Positions 20,065 through 29,393 of a stretch of DNA of 64,000 bases are shown piece by piece. How positions within the stretch are numbered: the stretch's first letter is position 1; every line of letters starts with the position of its first letter. This stretch comes from Candidatus Hydrogenedentota bacterium (GTDB taxonomy: Bacteria; Hydrogenedentota; Hydrogenedentia; Hydrogenedentales; SLHB01): NCBI GenBank assembly GCA_963745075.1, contig CAVUWV010000014.1:256001-320000 (forward strand), in the 5' to 3' direction. The notes below the pieces were generated by a model that was not told the origin of the DNA, did no database searches, and saw only the letters and a list, made by a program, of their open reading frames with translations. The translations under genes and the position numbers were made by a program.

Positions 20065-20092
20065 GAACTTTTCCCCGGTTCCAGGCATCATA
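20065..20092 (+). promoter_or_regulatory. Possible ECF-sigma promoter
   Basis: GAACTT-N16-ATCATA upstream of the DUF4230 gene. Confidence 0.3.
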
Positions 20093-20163
20093 GATGTAGT
20101 GTAGGGCTGTGTCGATGGCTGTGAACGTCCTGGTTTTGTCACGGCTCACCGTTGGAGATGCTT

Positions 20164-21051
20164 GTGGATAAACAACTTCCGGAAGAATCGAAGAAACCGG
20201 AACTGGTCGAGGCCAAGCCCGTGGAGCGGGAGGACTCGAAGTCCGAGGGTCCGGAAACTACGCGGATTATCGTGCGTAGCCGGGCGGCCGCGCCTTGGGC
20301 CGTAGCGGCCGTGTTTATCACGGCGATTCTGGTCATCGGATACCTGGTCTACAGCGTCACTTACCGGCTGCCCCATGAAGCGGCAACGGTCGCCGTGGAG
20401 GCCGTGAACAAGACCGTCGAGCAGGTGAGCGCGTTGCCCTCGGGGATTGCGGCAGCGTTTAAGCCGACCGTCAATGTGAACACGACCATCCACCGCGCCA
20501 TCGACGAATTGCAGCAGGAAGCAAAGCTGGTCGTATTGACGGCGGAAGTCGACGTGGAAGTCGTGAAGACCAGCGAGAAGCGAATCCTCTGGGATTATCT
20601 GGAGCTGGGCGACACGACGGTGAGCCTGCGCGTGCCGGGCAACAAGGTTCAGTACTACATCCCCGTGGCCGACTTGTCGCGCGCGAGTTTTGAATACGAT
20701 TCGGCGTCCAATGCGTTGTGTCTACACTTGCCGGAACCCATTCTCGACGAGGAATTCGTCGACGTGCAAAGCAATCCCGAAGTCATGGAAGTGAAAACCG
20801 AGGTCGGTTGGGGCCGGCTCGAAGTGTATTCCGGGCGTTTTCTCCAGGACGAAGCACAGAGTGCACTGCGCGGCACCGTCTTGGAGGAAGGCGGGAGCGA
20901 ACTGCTTCGTGACAAGGCGAAGAAGGAGGCCGAACAGGTCGTCACGGCTATGCTGACCAATCTTACTTCGGGCCTGCGCGAGGATGTGACGTTCCGCGTG
21001 CTATTTGACGCGCCACCCCAACCCACCGGGAGCGAGACATTAAATGGGTAA
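20164..21051 (+). CDS. DUF4230-like membrane-anchored protein
   Basis: Single TM helix, AKLVVL..EV.V, LHLPEP, L...A...AE..V. Start between 20152 and 20164. Confidence 0.7.
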   Translation: MDKQLPEESKKPELVEAKPVEREDSKSEGPETTRIIVRSRAAAPWAVAAVFITAILVIGYLVYSVTYRLPHEAATVAVEAVNKTVEQVSALPSGIAAAFKPTVNVNTTIHRAIDELQQEAKLVVLTAEVDVEVVKTSEKRILWDYLELGDTTVSLRVPGNKVQYYIPVADLSRASFEYDSASNALCLHLPEPILDEEFVDVQSNPEVMEVKTEVGWGRLEVYSGRFLQDEAQSALRGTVLEEGGSELLRDKAKKEAEQVVTAMLTNLTSGLREDVTFRVLFDAPPQPTGSETLNG

Positions 21052-21334
21052 GGACAAAGTAGTCGTCGTAGACGAACAAGGTCCCGGTTGTTTCGGCCAG
21101 GGCGTGGCCATGGCGGGAATCGTCGTGTCCATCATATGGCTGTTGAACTTTACGATGGGCGTTTTCGAATTGCCGGACGCTCTGCCCATTGTCGGCAATC
21201 TGGATGAAGCGGCGGCGGCGGCGGTGCTCTTTTCGTGCCTGCGTTACCTGGGATTCGACGTGTTGCCCTTCGGCAAGCGCGGGAAGAAGAAGGACGTTCA
21301 GGTCATCGACGTGGAAGTCGAGAAGGGCGATTAG
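21044..21334 (+). CDS. DUF1232 (YkvA-like) small membrane protein
   Basis: ELPDALPIVGNLDE motif; overlaps the upstream gene. Confidence 0.85.
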   Translation: MGKDKVVVVDEQGPGCFGQGVAMAGIVVSIIWLLNFTMGVFELPDALPIVGNLDEAAAAAVLFSCLRYLGFDVLPFGKRGKKKDVQVIDVEVEKGD

Positions 21335-21873
21335 GACTGCGATTCGGGTTTCAGCCCTTCCTTGCGCGCGATGTCCGCTTCGAGCGCGTCCACTACATTT
21401 TGAAACAGCGTGCGGTTTTCCTCGTTCATGTCCGAAAGAATCAGGTGGGCGTCCAGGATCATGCGGGCCACATCGACCTCTCCTTCCGCGGCCCCAGTCA
21501 GCGGCTGGAGCTTGCCCTGGATCGGCGCGTCCATAAGAAAGATGTCGTAGAGGGCCTCGAATCCCGTAATTTTCAGCGCCTTGGATACGCGCCCTTCCCG
21601 GGCGATCAGCGTCGGCTTGCGCTTGAACTCCTCCTTCGAGAAGCGTGCAACTTCCGCCAAAAGCCCCAAATTTGTGCTGTCCACGCCCGTGGCCTCGGTC
21701 AGGTCCACGACGATGTTCTCGAAGTCCTTTTCCTCGAACAGTTTGTCGAGGAAAGCGCGCAACGCCGTGCTCAAAGGGAAGGTCCAGCGCGTCGTGAAAC
21801 CGATGGACCCCACGAACTTGAGGACGCAGACATCGCCGAACCGGGCGTGAAAAATCTGACCTTGTGGCTCCAT
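21331..21873 (-). CDS. STAS-domain anti-sigma-factor antagonist
   Basis: VVDLTEATGVDSTNLGLLA; C-terminal ILDAH..L.DMNEEN...F.NVV. Confidence 0.88.
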   Translation of the reverse strand: MEPQGQIFHARFGDVCVLKFVGSIGFTTRWTFPLSTALRAFLDKLFEEKDFENIVVDLTEATGVDSTNLGLLAEVARFSKEEFKRKPTLIAREGRVSKALKITGFEALYDIFLMDAPIQGKLQPLTGAAEGEVDVARMILDAHLILSDMNEENRTLFQNVVDALEADIARKEGLKPESQS

Positions 21874-21992
21874 GAACACCCTTTCCAGTGCCTCACTACG
21901 TCTATTGTCCACCGAATCCGGTAGAATATCAATAGCAGCGAGGAGTTGACGAAGCGGAGGGAAGGTGGGGTGAAGAGCAGCTAAAACACCTC

Positions 21993-22021
21993 TTGCATTT
22001 TTGTCAACATTTTACTATACT
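21993..22021 (+). promoter_or_regulatory. Sigma-70-type promoter
   Basis: TTGCAT-17-TATACT. Confidence 0.6.
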
Positions 22022-22113
22022 GCCCAAAGGGAAGCTCGGGAAGGGGCGTCCGGCGTGCCGGACCGGCTTCGCCCCGAGTTGTGGGGAACCTGGAGCCTTT
22101 GCAGGTACATGCC

Positions 22114-22611
22114 ATGAGCAAACAGACGACCCAAGCGAAACAGGAACGTATCATCGAAGCCGTGCGGCACGGGCTCGAGGGCATGGCCGCCGTCGAGTTC
22201 ATCCAGAACAGCGGTTTCGCGATGACCACCGCAGGGATCGCCCGAAACCTGCGTGCCATGGGAGGGAGGGGACGCGTACAGGAACTGGTCAACGACGGTA
22301 AGACCAACATCGAGATCATGCAACTGTGCTTTCCGGAAGAGGATTTGTCGCACCTGCATCCGGAACCACCCAGCCAGCAAGAGTTGTTCGAGGGGGCAGC
22401 TTCCACGCGTCGCAGTACCGTGGTGCCGTTCCGCGACGACCCGCTGTACGAGACGAGGAAAATGTCCATCAAAGTCCCCGCCGACCTCTACGAAGCCATT
22501 CGCCTGGCTGCCAAGGCCGAAGGCAAATCCCAAAATGAACTCATCGTCGACGTTCTCACCTCCGCGCTTTCGCGCATTCCCGGCCCGCACCGGGAAGATC
22601 AGGAGGACTGA
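22114..22611 (+). CDS. Hypothetical DNA-binding protein with C-terminal ribbon-helix-helix
   Basis: TRKMSIKVPADLYEAIRLAAKAEGKSQNELIVDVL is an Arc/HicB-like RHH; the N-terminal part is helical. Confidence 0.75.
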   Translation: MSKQTTQAKQERIIEAVRHGLEGMAAVEFIQNSGFAMTTAGIARNLRAMGGRGRVQELVNDGKTNIEIMQLCFPEEDLSHLHPEPPSQQELFEGAASTRRSTVVPFRDDPLYETRKMSIKVPADLYEAIRLAAKAEGKSQNELIVDVLTSALSRIPGPHREDQED

Positions 22612-22670
22612 AAGAAGGGACGCGCGCGTGGGAATCCATCTTTAGGCGTTGTAGTCACCGACGCCAATCC

Positions 22671-24206
22671 TCAATTGCGCAATTCCACCGACTTCTCCAC
22701 ATAAGCTTTCACCGTGCGCCGGTCCAGACCGAGGCGGTCCGCAGCGGCGGTGTAGGAGCCGCATTCGCAGTGCACGCGGGCGCAGTATTCGGCGAGCAAT
22801 TCGTCAGCGGTCAGTTGATGGCTGCGAATTGCATCAATGTACGCGTCCTGGTCCGCGGCACTCGTAGTCGGCGCAGGGAAGTACGCGCTGCGCACCATGA
22901 CGTTTCGCACGCACTGTTCCAACTCGCGCACGTTGCCGGGCCAGGGGTAGTCGGCGGACAGATTCTGCGCGATCCAACGTTCCGTCTCCTCGGCCAACGC
23001 GTCCGCCTCTTCCTCGCCCGCGACACGACGCGCAATGAACAGAAGTAGATTCCGCAATTGGTCCGGCGCATCCGCGATCTGTTCCCGCAGGGATGGCGTG
23101 CAGATCGTGTCGGAACAAAGGCGGTAGTAAAGGTCCTCGCGGAAGCGTCCGGCCTGCACGGCGGCGGCGAGGTCACGATTGGTTGCCGCAATGATCTTTC
23201 CGCGGAACGGCCGGGTTGCGGTCTCGCCGATTCGCCGGAACGTGCGATCCTCGAAGACCCGGAGCAGTTTCACCTGAATAACGGGATCGAGTTCCCCCAG
23301 TTCGTCAAGCAGCACCGAACCGCATTCGTGGCAAACTTCGAAGAACCCGGCATGATCGTTCACGGCTCCGGTGAACGATCCTTTAACGTGGCCAAACAGC
23401 TCCGATTCGATCAACGCGGAGGACAGTTCGGAAAGGTTCACGGGGTGGAAGCATGCGCGGAAATCGACCAGGGGACGCTTTCGGCTTGCGTCGAAGGGGA
23501 TGTACTGTGCGTATGCGATGGCACGCGCGACGAGTTCTTTCCCCGTACCGGAGGGGCCGGTGATGAGCGTGGTCACGTCCCCCATGCGGCGATAAAGCGC
23601 GCGCCGGTAGCGCTGCATGTCGCAGGTGAAAATGGACTGCCACGTCGCCGCGCGCAGATTCGCGGACGCGGCGGACCCTCCGATGATGTTCTCGAAGATA
23701 AGAAAGAAGGCGCGACGTAACTGGTAGAAACACGCGAAGAGGTGTTCTCGCTCCGGCAGACTCCCGAACGTCAATCCCGGGATGTCGAAGTAGTGGTACA
23801 GGTCCCGTTCGAAACTCTCGTAGAACGGCATAAGCGCGGGCGAGGAGTCGTTCTTGGCGCCGGCGCTGCGAATGTACTTCCAGAACCGGATTTCGTAGCG
23901 GTTGTAGAGGAGATAGAGCACGACGTTCTCATAGAGTGCGCAATCGCCGTCGTCGGCACGGCGCAGGTCAATCAACCGCTGGCGGACATCGTCGGCCATG
24001 TCTTCGGCGAAACGGGTCAGGCGTTCGATATTCGGGCGCTGCGCTTTCTCTGCCGCCTGCTTGTGCCAGACCGACCCCGCCTCACTGAAGGCGTCCCCCA
24101 GGATCTCCCGCTCAAAGCCGATGCGTTCCGGCAGGAACGGATTGCAGTACCCCAGCTTGACGAGCGCATCGACTCGTGTCCGCGTTTCTCCCTCGAAGAG
24201 CGCCAT
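22671..24206 (-). CDS. Sigma-54-dependent activator with uncharacterised N-terminal domain
   Basis: GPSGTGKE, GSFTGA, LDELGE, FREDLYYRL, WPGNVREL, LGLDRRTV; ~200-aa N-terminal domain beginning CNPFLPERI. Confidence 0.9.
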   Translation of the reverse strand: MALFEGETRTRVDALVKLGYCNPFLPERIGFEREILGDAFSEAGSVWHKQAAEKAQRPNIERLTRFAEDMADDVRQRLIDLRRADDGDCALYENVVLYLLYNRYEIRFWKYIRSAGAKNDSSPALMPFYESFERDLYHYFDIPGLTFGSLPEREHLFACFYQLRRAFFLIFENIIGGSAASANLRAATWQSIFTCDMQRYRRALYRRMGDVTTLITGPSGTGKELVARAIAYAQYIPFDASRKRPLVDFRACFHPVNLSELSSALIESELFGHVKGSFTGAVNDHAGFFEVCHECGSVLLDELGELDPVIQVKLLRVFEDRTFRRIGETATRPFRGKIIAATNRDLAAAVQAGRFREDLYYRLCSDTICTPSLREQIADAPDQLRNLLLFIARRVAGEEEADALAEETERWIAQNLSADYPWPGNVRELEQCVRNVMVRSAYFPAPTTSAADQDAYIDAIRSHQLTADELLAEYCARVHCECGSYTAAADRLGLDRRTVKAYVEKSVELRN

Positions 24207-24348
24207 GGCGAGTTCCCCCCAAACGCATACAAGGCTTGCACATCAAGTATACAGGAAATGACTGCGTTATCGCAGGGGTTTGTTGTGTTTAATGTCCTTT
24301 ATGTAGTCTAAACATTACCTGATGGGTTCTGATTGGTGATCTGCAAGT

Positions 24349-24364
24349 TGGTATGCGTCCTGCT
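24349..24364 (+). promoter_or_regulatory. Putative sigma-54 promoter divergent from the activator
   Basis: TGGTATGCGTCCTGCT with exact GG/GC spacing. Confidence 0.65.
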
Positions 24365-24378
24365 CTTAACACGGGGAA

Positions 24379-24554
24379 CGACAAAAGTGGAGAGACAGCA
24401 AGGACACCAGGGACGGCAGGGACGCCGAGCGGCAATCGCTGTGACCCGTAAATCCGCTGTGGCATTCGACTCGGCGGCGAAACTCTGGCCGTTTCGGTAC
24501 ATTTTGTCCCTGATGTCCTTGCCGTCTCTGAAACGCCCGGCCAGACTTTTGTCG
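24379..24554 (+). other. Long nested inverted repeat / candidate structured leader or sRNA
   Basis: CGACAAAAGT/ACTTTTGTCG outer stem; 24-bp stem 24391-24414 with 24506-24529 (2 mismatches); GCCGAGCGGC/GCCGTTTCGGT inner stem. Confidence 0.6.
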
Positions 24555-24601
24555 GACCGGTCTTTCAAGGAGGCGGAACCAAAACAACGGGGGAATGCAG
24601 T

Positions 24602-25171
24602 ATGAAGACGATGGTCTCAGAGATTGTTACCGCTGGGTTCGTTGCCATCGCACTGGTGATCGTCACTGGATGTAACCACGCGACCGAACCGGCACAATCC
24701 CACGCCACGGGCGAGCGCATCGGTGTCTACGATTCGCGGGCCATCGCCGTGGCGTACGCCGGTTCGGACGCCCATGAGGCCGCGCTCGCGAAATTGAAGA
24801 AGCGCTACGACGACGCCAAGGCGGCCGGGAACGCTACGGTCGTCAACGCCTGCGAAACGGAGGCCCAAGCCCAACAGCGTACGATGCACTTGCAGGGGTT
24901 CGGCACGGCGCCGGTCGATGACATCCTCGCGCACATCTCGGGTGAGCTAACCGGGATCATGAGAAAGGCCGGTGTCGTCGCAATCGTGTCCAAATGGGAC
25001 GAAGCGAAACTGGCGCAATACCCGAATGCCGGCCGGGAGGACGTGACCATGGCTTTGGTCGATGCCTTGCATCCGACGGATCGCCAGCGGGAACGAGCCA
25101 TCGACGTCCAGAAACACAAGCCCGTACCCATGGACGAACTGGAGCGACTCATAGAACGCGGCGAGATCTGA
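24602..25171 (+). CDS. Hypothetical lipoprotein (possibly OmpH/Skp-like)
   Basis: Lipobox VTG-C; IGVYDSRAIAVAY followed by helical segments and a D.T..LV ending. Confidence 0.75.
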   Translation: MKTMVSEIVTAGFVAIALVIVTGCNHATEPAQSHATGERIGVYDSRAIAVAYAGSDAHEAALAKLKKRYDDAKAAGNATVVNACETEAQAQQRTMHLQGFGTAPVDDILAHISGELTGIMRKAGVVAIVSKWDEAKLAQYPNAGREDVTMALVDALHPTDRQRERAIDVQKHKPVPMDELERLIERGEI

Positions 25172-25243
25172 AGGAGAGGTTTTGCTGTAACTCAGTTGTT
25201 CTGTACCGAAGCGAAGATCCGACCGCTATCTCACGGTGAGAAT

Positions 25244-26300
25244 CTACTGGTTGTAGAAGTACAGAGAATCGGGGGGGTCGTGAAGTATCGTATCGGCGGG
25301 CGTGTTTGTCATACGCCGCGCAATCCAGTAGGCAACGCGGGCCGCGTAACCGATTGCGACGAATGCCATGAACGAACGTCAATACAATGTAAGACAAAGT
25401 GAGCGCCGAAAAAGGTATGGTGCCCGACCACCACAGGTTGGCGTCCGTAACCACCAACTTGATCAAAGTGAAGTAATCGACGACTTCATCGGTCCTGATA
25501 CCCGCCGTTGAGCCCGGTAGGGAGACCCAGGACCCTACGAACGCCCACGTCAGGGTCGCGTACGACAGCGCCCTTCCCGTGCGGGGCGGACGATCGCACC
25601 ACCAAAGCCAAGCGGTAGACTGAAGGACCATCGCAATCCACGTGACACCAAGTCCCATGCCTGCGAACATCGTGGCTCTCGCCGCAGATGCCGGAATGCC
25701 GAACGTGCTGTCGGTGAACGCGAATTGGGGGACCGATTGCGTTACGAAACACGAACCGATGACAAGCAGCAGGAGCCGGATCGGCGACCAGCGGACGAAC
25801 CACGGCTTTACGCCCCGATCGAGCTGGCGTCGCCATCTGCGCACGATGTACCACGTGAGCGGCGCCAGCGAGCACGCCAGAAACATGTTTTGAGCCGTCC
25901 AGACGGAGCCCCAGAGAATCGAACCGGTTGCGTAGCGTTGTGCGAACCAAACCAGGGTCGTTGTGCTGAACGCGTTCAAGAATCGAATCACTGCGTAGAA
26001 ACTGAGTGTTACTACCGCGATTGCTGCGAGCCTCCGTCCGAGACTGAGGTCCGCTTTCTCCACGTGCGTGTGTTGGAGTAGCGCCTTCATGATTCCCGGG
26101 TCGCCAAAGTGCTCCCGAACAAGGATCAGCGCGTCTTCGTCCGTGATCGGCTCAGAGCCATACCGAAACGCGGCGAACTTGTCCTCCATGTGGGTAAGGA
26201 GTTCTTCCTGGATCTCGGGATCGATGTCCTCCGCGACCGTGATCTGCTTGCACAATGTCCGCAAACGTTCGCGCATCTCCGGAGTCGGTGTTTCAGCCAT
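25244..26300 (-). pseudogene. PadR-associated multi-TM protein (permease-prefix/HAAS N-terminus), paralog 2, with 3' frameshift
   Basis: N-terminus nearly identical to 26325-27341 (EELLTHMED..FGDP). A GAAC duplication at 25370-25377 shifts the last TM helix out of frame; as written the ORF runs to 25149. Confidence 0.7.
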
Positions 26301-26324
26301 CGGTGTTCTCCCCTAAACGCGCCG

Positions 26325-27341
26325 TCATACCGGCACGGTAGCTTCGGCGTTCCTCGTCCGCCACGCCTTTGCTCCGGAATAAATGGCGCGGGCCACCCAA
26401 CTGATGATGACAAGGATAACAAAAGACACCAATGGCCCCATGGTCATTTCGAGTACCGATGTGACGAAGCCGAGTGACCAGTAGAGTTGACCGGTATGAA
26501 ACACAAGATTGACGAGTGTCGAGTGTTCAGGTTTTGACTCTGATATCGTGAGCACGACGCCTTGGATCGATGCACATGAATAGACTAGCGCCCAAACCAC
26601 GCCCGTGTATGACAGCGACCTTTTGGTGCGCGGTGGCCGGTCGCACCACCAGAGCCACAGGATGGATTGGGCGATTACGGACAGCCATGCAAGTCCCATT
26701 CCCCCCCAAAAAAAGGCGCTAGCCCAGCGTGAGGAAAGGGTAACGCCGGGGATATTTCCCCTGACCATGGGCACATAAAAGAAAACCAGAGCCAAACCAG
26801 TTACGAGCAGGATGAGTGATCTCGTCGACCATCGCAGGAACCAGGGACGTTCCCCTTGATCCAGTTGCTGTCTCCAGCGGCGAACAACGAGCCAGATGAT
26901 TGGGGACATCAGGCACACAAACAACAGGTTTGCTACGTTGAAAAGGGAACCAATCCAATTCGCGGAGGATGGGAAATCTCGCGCGGTCCACACAGCAAAT
27001 GAGTTGCCGAGCGCCAGAAGCACTCGCCAAATACCGTAAAGCGCCAAGCTTACGGAGGCTACGGCCGCCAGCCTGCGGCCGAGGCTCAGTCTTAACTCGT
27101 AGTCGTACGTCTCGTGCAGCAACGCCTTGACCACACGCGGGTCGCCGAAATGCTCGCGCACGAGCAGGTAGGCATCCTCTTCCGTTACCGGTTCGGAGCC
27201 ATGGAGGTAGGCATTCAGCTTATCCTCCATGTGCGTGAGGAGTTCCTCCTGGATTTCGGGGTCGATGTCCTCCGCGACCGTGATTTGGCCGCACAATGCC
27301 CGCAGGCGTTCGCGCATCTCTGGATTTGGTGTCTCAGCCAT
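26325..27341 (-). CDS. PadR-associated multi-TM protein (permease-prefix/HAAS N-terminus), paralog 1
   Basis: IQEELLTHMED...EEDA.....EHFGDP, then about six TM segments; overlaps the padR stop. Confidence 0.85.
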   Translation of the reverse strand: MAETPNPEMRERLRALCGQITVAEDIDPEIQEELLTHMEDKLNAYLHGSEPVTEEDAYLLVREHFGDPRVVKALLHETYDYELRLSLGRRLAAVASVSLALYGIWRVLLALGNSFAVWTARDFPSSANWIGSLFNVANLLFVCLMSPIIWLVVRRWRQQLDQGERPWFLRWSTRSLILLVTGLALVFFYVPMVRGNIPGVTLSSRWASAFFWGGMGLAWLSVIAQSILWLWWCDRPPRTKRSLSYTGVVWALVYSCASIQGVVLTISESKPEHSTLVNLVFHTGQLYWSLGFVTSVLEMTMGPLVSFVILVIISWVARAIYSGAKAWRTRNAEATVPV

Positions 27342-27669
27342 GGGTGTCCTCCGCGAGCCGCAACATCATGGTGTGAAGCGTGCTCCACCGTTTCGCCCCC
27401 TCGCTCAATGCGTCCCGGCCTTTGGCCGTGATGTAGTAATACTTGCGGCGCCGGCCCACGTCGGACTCCTGCCACTGGGAGCGGACCAGCCCTTCCTTCT
27501 CCAGCTTGTGCAGGACGGGGTACATGGTGCCTTCCTGCCAGACGAAGAGCCCGTCCGCCTCCTGGTTCACTTCTTTGATGATTTCATAGCCGTAACTGGC
27601 CTTCTTGGCGAGGACCGTCAAAACCAGGATGCGCGTGCTCGCGCCGAGGAGTTCTTTGTCGAAATTCAC
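27334..27669 (-). CDS. PadR-family transcriptional regulator
   Basis: SYGYEII, EGTMYPVLHKLEKEG, RRRKYYYITAKG; GTG start after AGGAG. Confidence 0.95.
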   Translation of the reverse strand: MNFDKELLGASTRILVLTVLAKKASYGYEIIKEVNQEADGLFVWQEGTMYPVLHKLEKEGLVRSQWQESDVGRRRKYYYITAKGRDALSEGAKRWSTLHTMMLRLAEDTHG

Positions 27670-27694
27670 GGTGTAGTCTCCTGTACCTAGAAGT

Positions 27695-27723
27695 ACTATA
27701 CCAAGAACTGCAAGGGTTGTCAA
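27695..27723 (-). promoter_or_regulatory. Strong sigma-70 promoter of the padR operon
   Basis: Minus strand TTGACA-17-TATAGT. Confidence 0.75.
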
Positions 27724-27873
27724 GACCCTTTGTTTGGGCCTAAAATGCCGGGTTCGGTTAGGTACGCTGTAATGTCTGCGCTATTTGTAGGTAGTCAGTA
27801 GAGAATGTGCTAAACTTCAGCACGCTGCAAGGGTTGAAAGAAAGTGGGCGTTTAACCAGAGAAGGAGATCACC

Positions 27874-28011
27874 ATGTCCATCGGAAGAACCACTCGGACG
27901 AAACTTCCAATCAAGGCCGTTGAAGTCGCTCGCATTCCAATTCTGCAGTACCTGATCATGTTGTTTCAGTACTTGCTCAGAATGTTCTTCGATCAGAGCC
28001 ACAACTATTAG
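27874..28011 (+). CDS. Small 45-aa peptide (below the ORF-track cutoff)
   Basis: AAGGAG-6nt-ATG; MSIGRTTRTKLPIKAVEVARIPILQYLIMLFQYLLRMFFDQSHNY*; extended -10 TGCTAAACT at 27808-27816. Confidence 0.65.
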   Translation: MSIGRTTRTKLPIKAVEVARIPILQYLIMLFQYLLRMFFDQSHNY

Positions 28012-28034
28012 TGAGGAATTGATGGGCGGTCTGC

Positions 28035-29393
28035 GTGTTCGCTCGCATGCCGGGACCACCTGTGGAAAGGCGTGATGGCTGGGTCCTTGGATGCGGCGAT
28101 ACACTCATTGAACGACTATTCGTCCGCGAAAACTCGGTGCGGGTCGTGCTGCAATGGGTTGCATTGGCCGTGCTCTGCGCGGGAGCGATTGCGCCGTGGG
28201 CGTGGGTGACCGGCGTTGGGATTGTTTCGTTCTGCCTTCTGGGCATCGGGGTATACCGGACCCACGCGTACGAAGAGGCAGTTTTTGAGGGACTGCCCTG
28301 CCTGACGGCTGGAGGCGGAGGCACGGAGCGGGATAAACTCGTTGGCGTTACCGTGATTTCGCCCGCCCGGAACGAAGAAGCCCGCGTTGAACAAGCACTG
28401 CGATCCCTTTGCGGATTGACGTATTCCCGATTCGAGGTCATCGGCATCGACGACCATTCTACGGATGCAACGCCGGAGATCATGGACACGCTTGCCCGCG
28501 AATTCGCGAACCTGCGCGTCATCCACGATCCCACGCCTCAAGAAGGGTGGACCGGCAAAGCGAACGCCATCTGGAAGGCGCTACCCGAAGCGAACCCGGA
28601 ACACGCGTGGCTGCTCTTCACGGACGCGGATGTTGTCTTTCATCCGAAGGCGTTGGTCCGAGCTGTAGCATTTGCCCAGTCGGAAGGGGTGGATTTGCTC
28701 ACGTTCCTTCCCTATCTGACGAACGGCAGCTTTTGGGAAGATGTAACCCTGCCGCCCATTTGGCACAGCATGATCTGCGGCGTCCCGTATAGCCGGTTGA
28801 ATGATGAAGGTTCTTACCCCGTCGGTATTGGGGCATTCCTGCTGGTCCGTCGCGATGTGTACGAGCGGAGCGGTGGCCATGCCGTATATCCCGATCAGCA
28901 CATGGAAGATATCGTAATCGCGGGACTCGTGAAGGAGTGCGGCGGAAAAGTTGGGGTCGTGTGGACGCCCGATTTACTGTCCATCCGGCTTTACGCCGGA
29001 TTACGGCATCTTGTCGCTACTTCCGTAAACAAGTTGCGCGTACTTGGACGCGATTCCCTTGAGCGTCCTTTATCGGAGGCGAGTCAGCGTGCGTTGCCCC
29101 TTCTATTGCCGCTGCCGCTGAGTCTAATCGCGGTAACGCGACAATTGGTTTCCTCCAACTTTGACGTATTGCTCAGCATATACGCTGCGATCGGCGTACT
29201 CACCTATTGGGAGAACGTCCGCTCGTACAAGGCGGCCCGGACAACCAGCGACATGCGGCCCTGGACACCGTGGGTCCATCCGCTCGGCGGTCTGGTGCGA
29301 TTTTGGATTGCGATGCGCGCGGTCTTCGAGATACTGGTCGACGCAGATTCAAATTGGCGCGGCCGCAAGACCTTCATACGTAAGGACCGCTAA
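28035..29393 (+). CDS. Membrane GT2 glycosyltransferase (HpnB/CrtQ-like)
   Basis: PARNEE, DDHSTD, WTGKANA, FTDAD, GAFLLVRR..YE..GG, MED, WRGR. True start may be GTG 28137. Confidence 0.88.
   Translation: MFARMPGPPVERRDGWVLGCGDTLIERLFVRENSVRVVLQWVALAVLCAGAIAPWAWVTGVGIVSFCLLGIGVYRTHAYEEAVFEGLPCLTAGGGGTERDKLVGVTVISPARNEEARVEQALRSLCGLTYSRFEVIGIDDHSTDATPEIMDTLAREFANLRVIHDPTPQEGWTGKANAIWKALPEANPEHAWLLFTDADVVFHPKALVRAVAFAQSEGVDLLTFLPYLTNGSFWEDVTLPPIWHSMICGVPYSRLNDEGSYPVGIGAFLLVRRDVYERSGGHAVYPDQHMEDIVIAGLVKECGGKVGVVWTPDLLSIRLYAGLRHLVATSVNKLRVLGRDSLERPLSEASQRALPLLLPLPLSLIAVTRQLVSSNFDVLLSIYAAIGVLTYWENVRSYKAARTTSDMRPWTPWVHPLGGLVRFWIAMRAVFEILVDADSNWRGRKTFIRKDR

Noticed and set aside
24379..24554. Assignment of the hairpin as 6S, Y or SRP RNA
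   Set aside because: No diagnostic motifs recognised, and the arms are tandem-repeat derived; kept only as an unnamed structure.
27817..28104. 95-aa minus-strand ORF
   Set aside because: No RBS or motif. The plus-strand 45-aa ORF with a strong RBS explains the region better.
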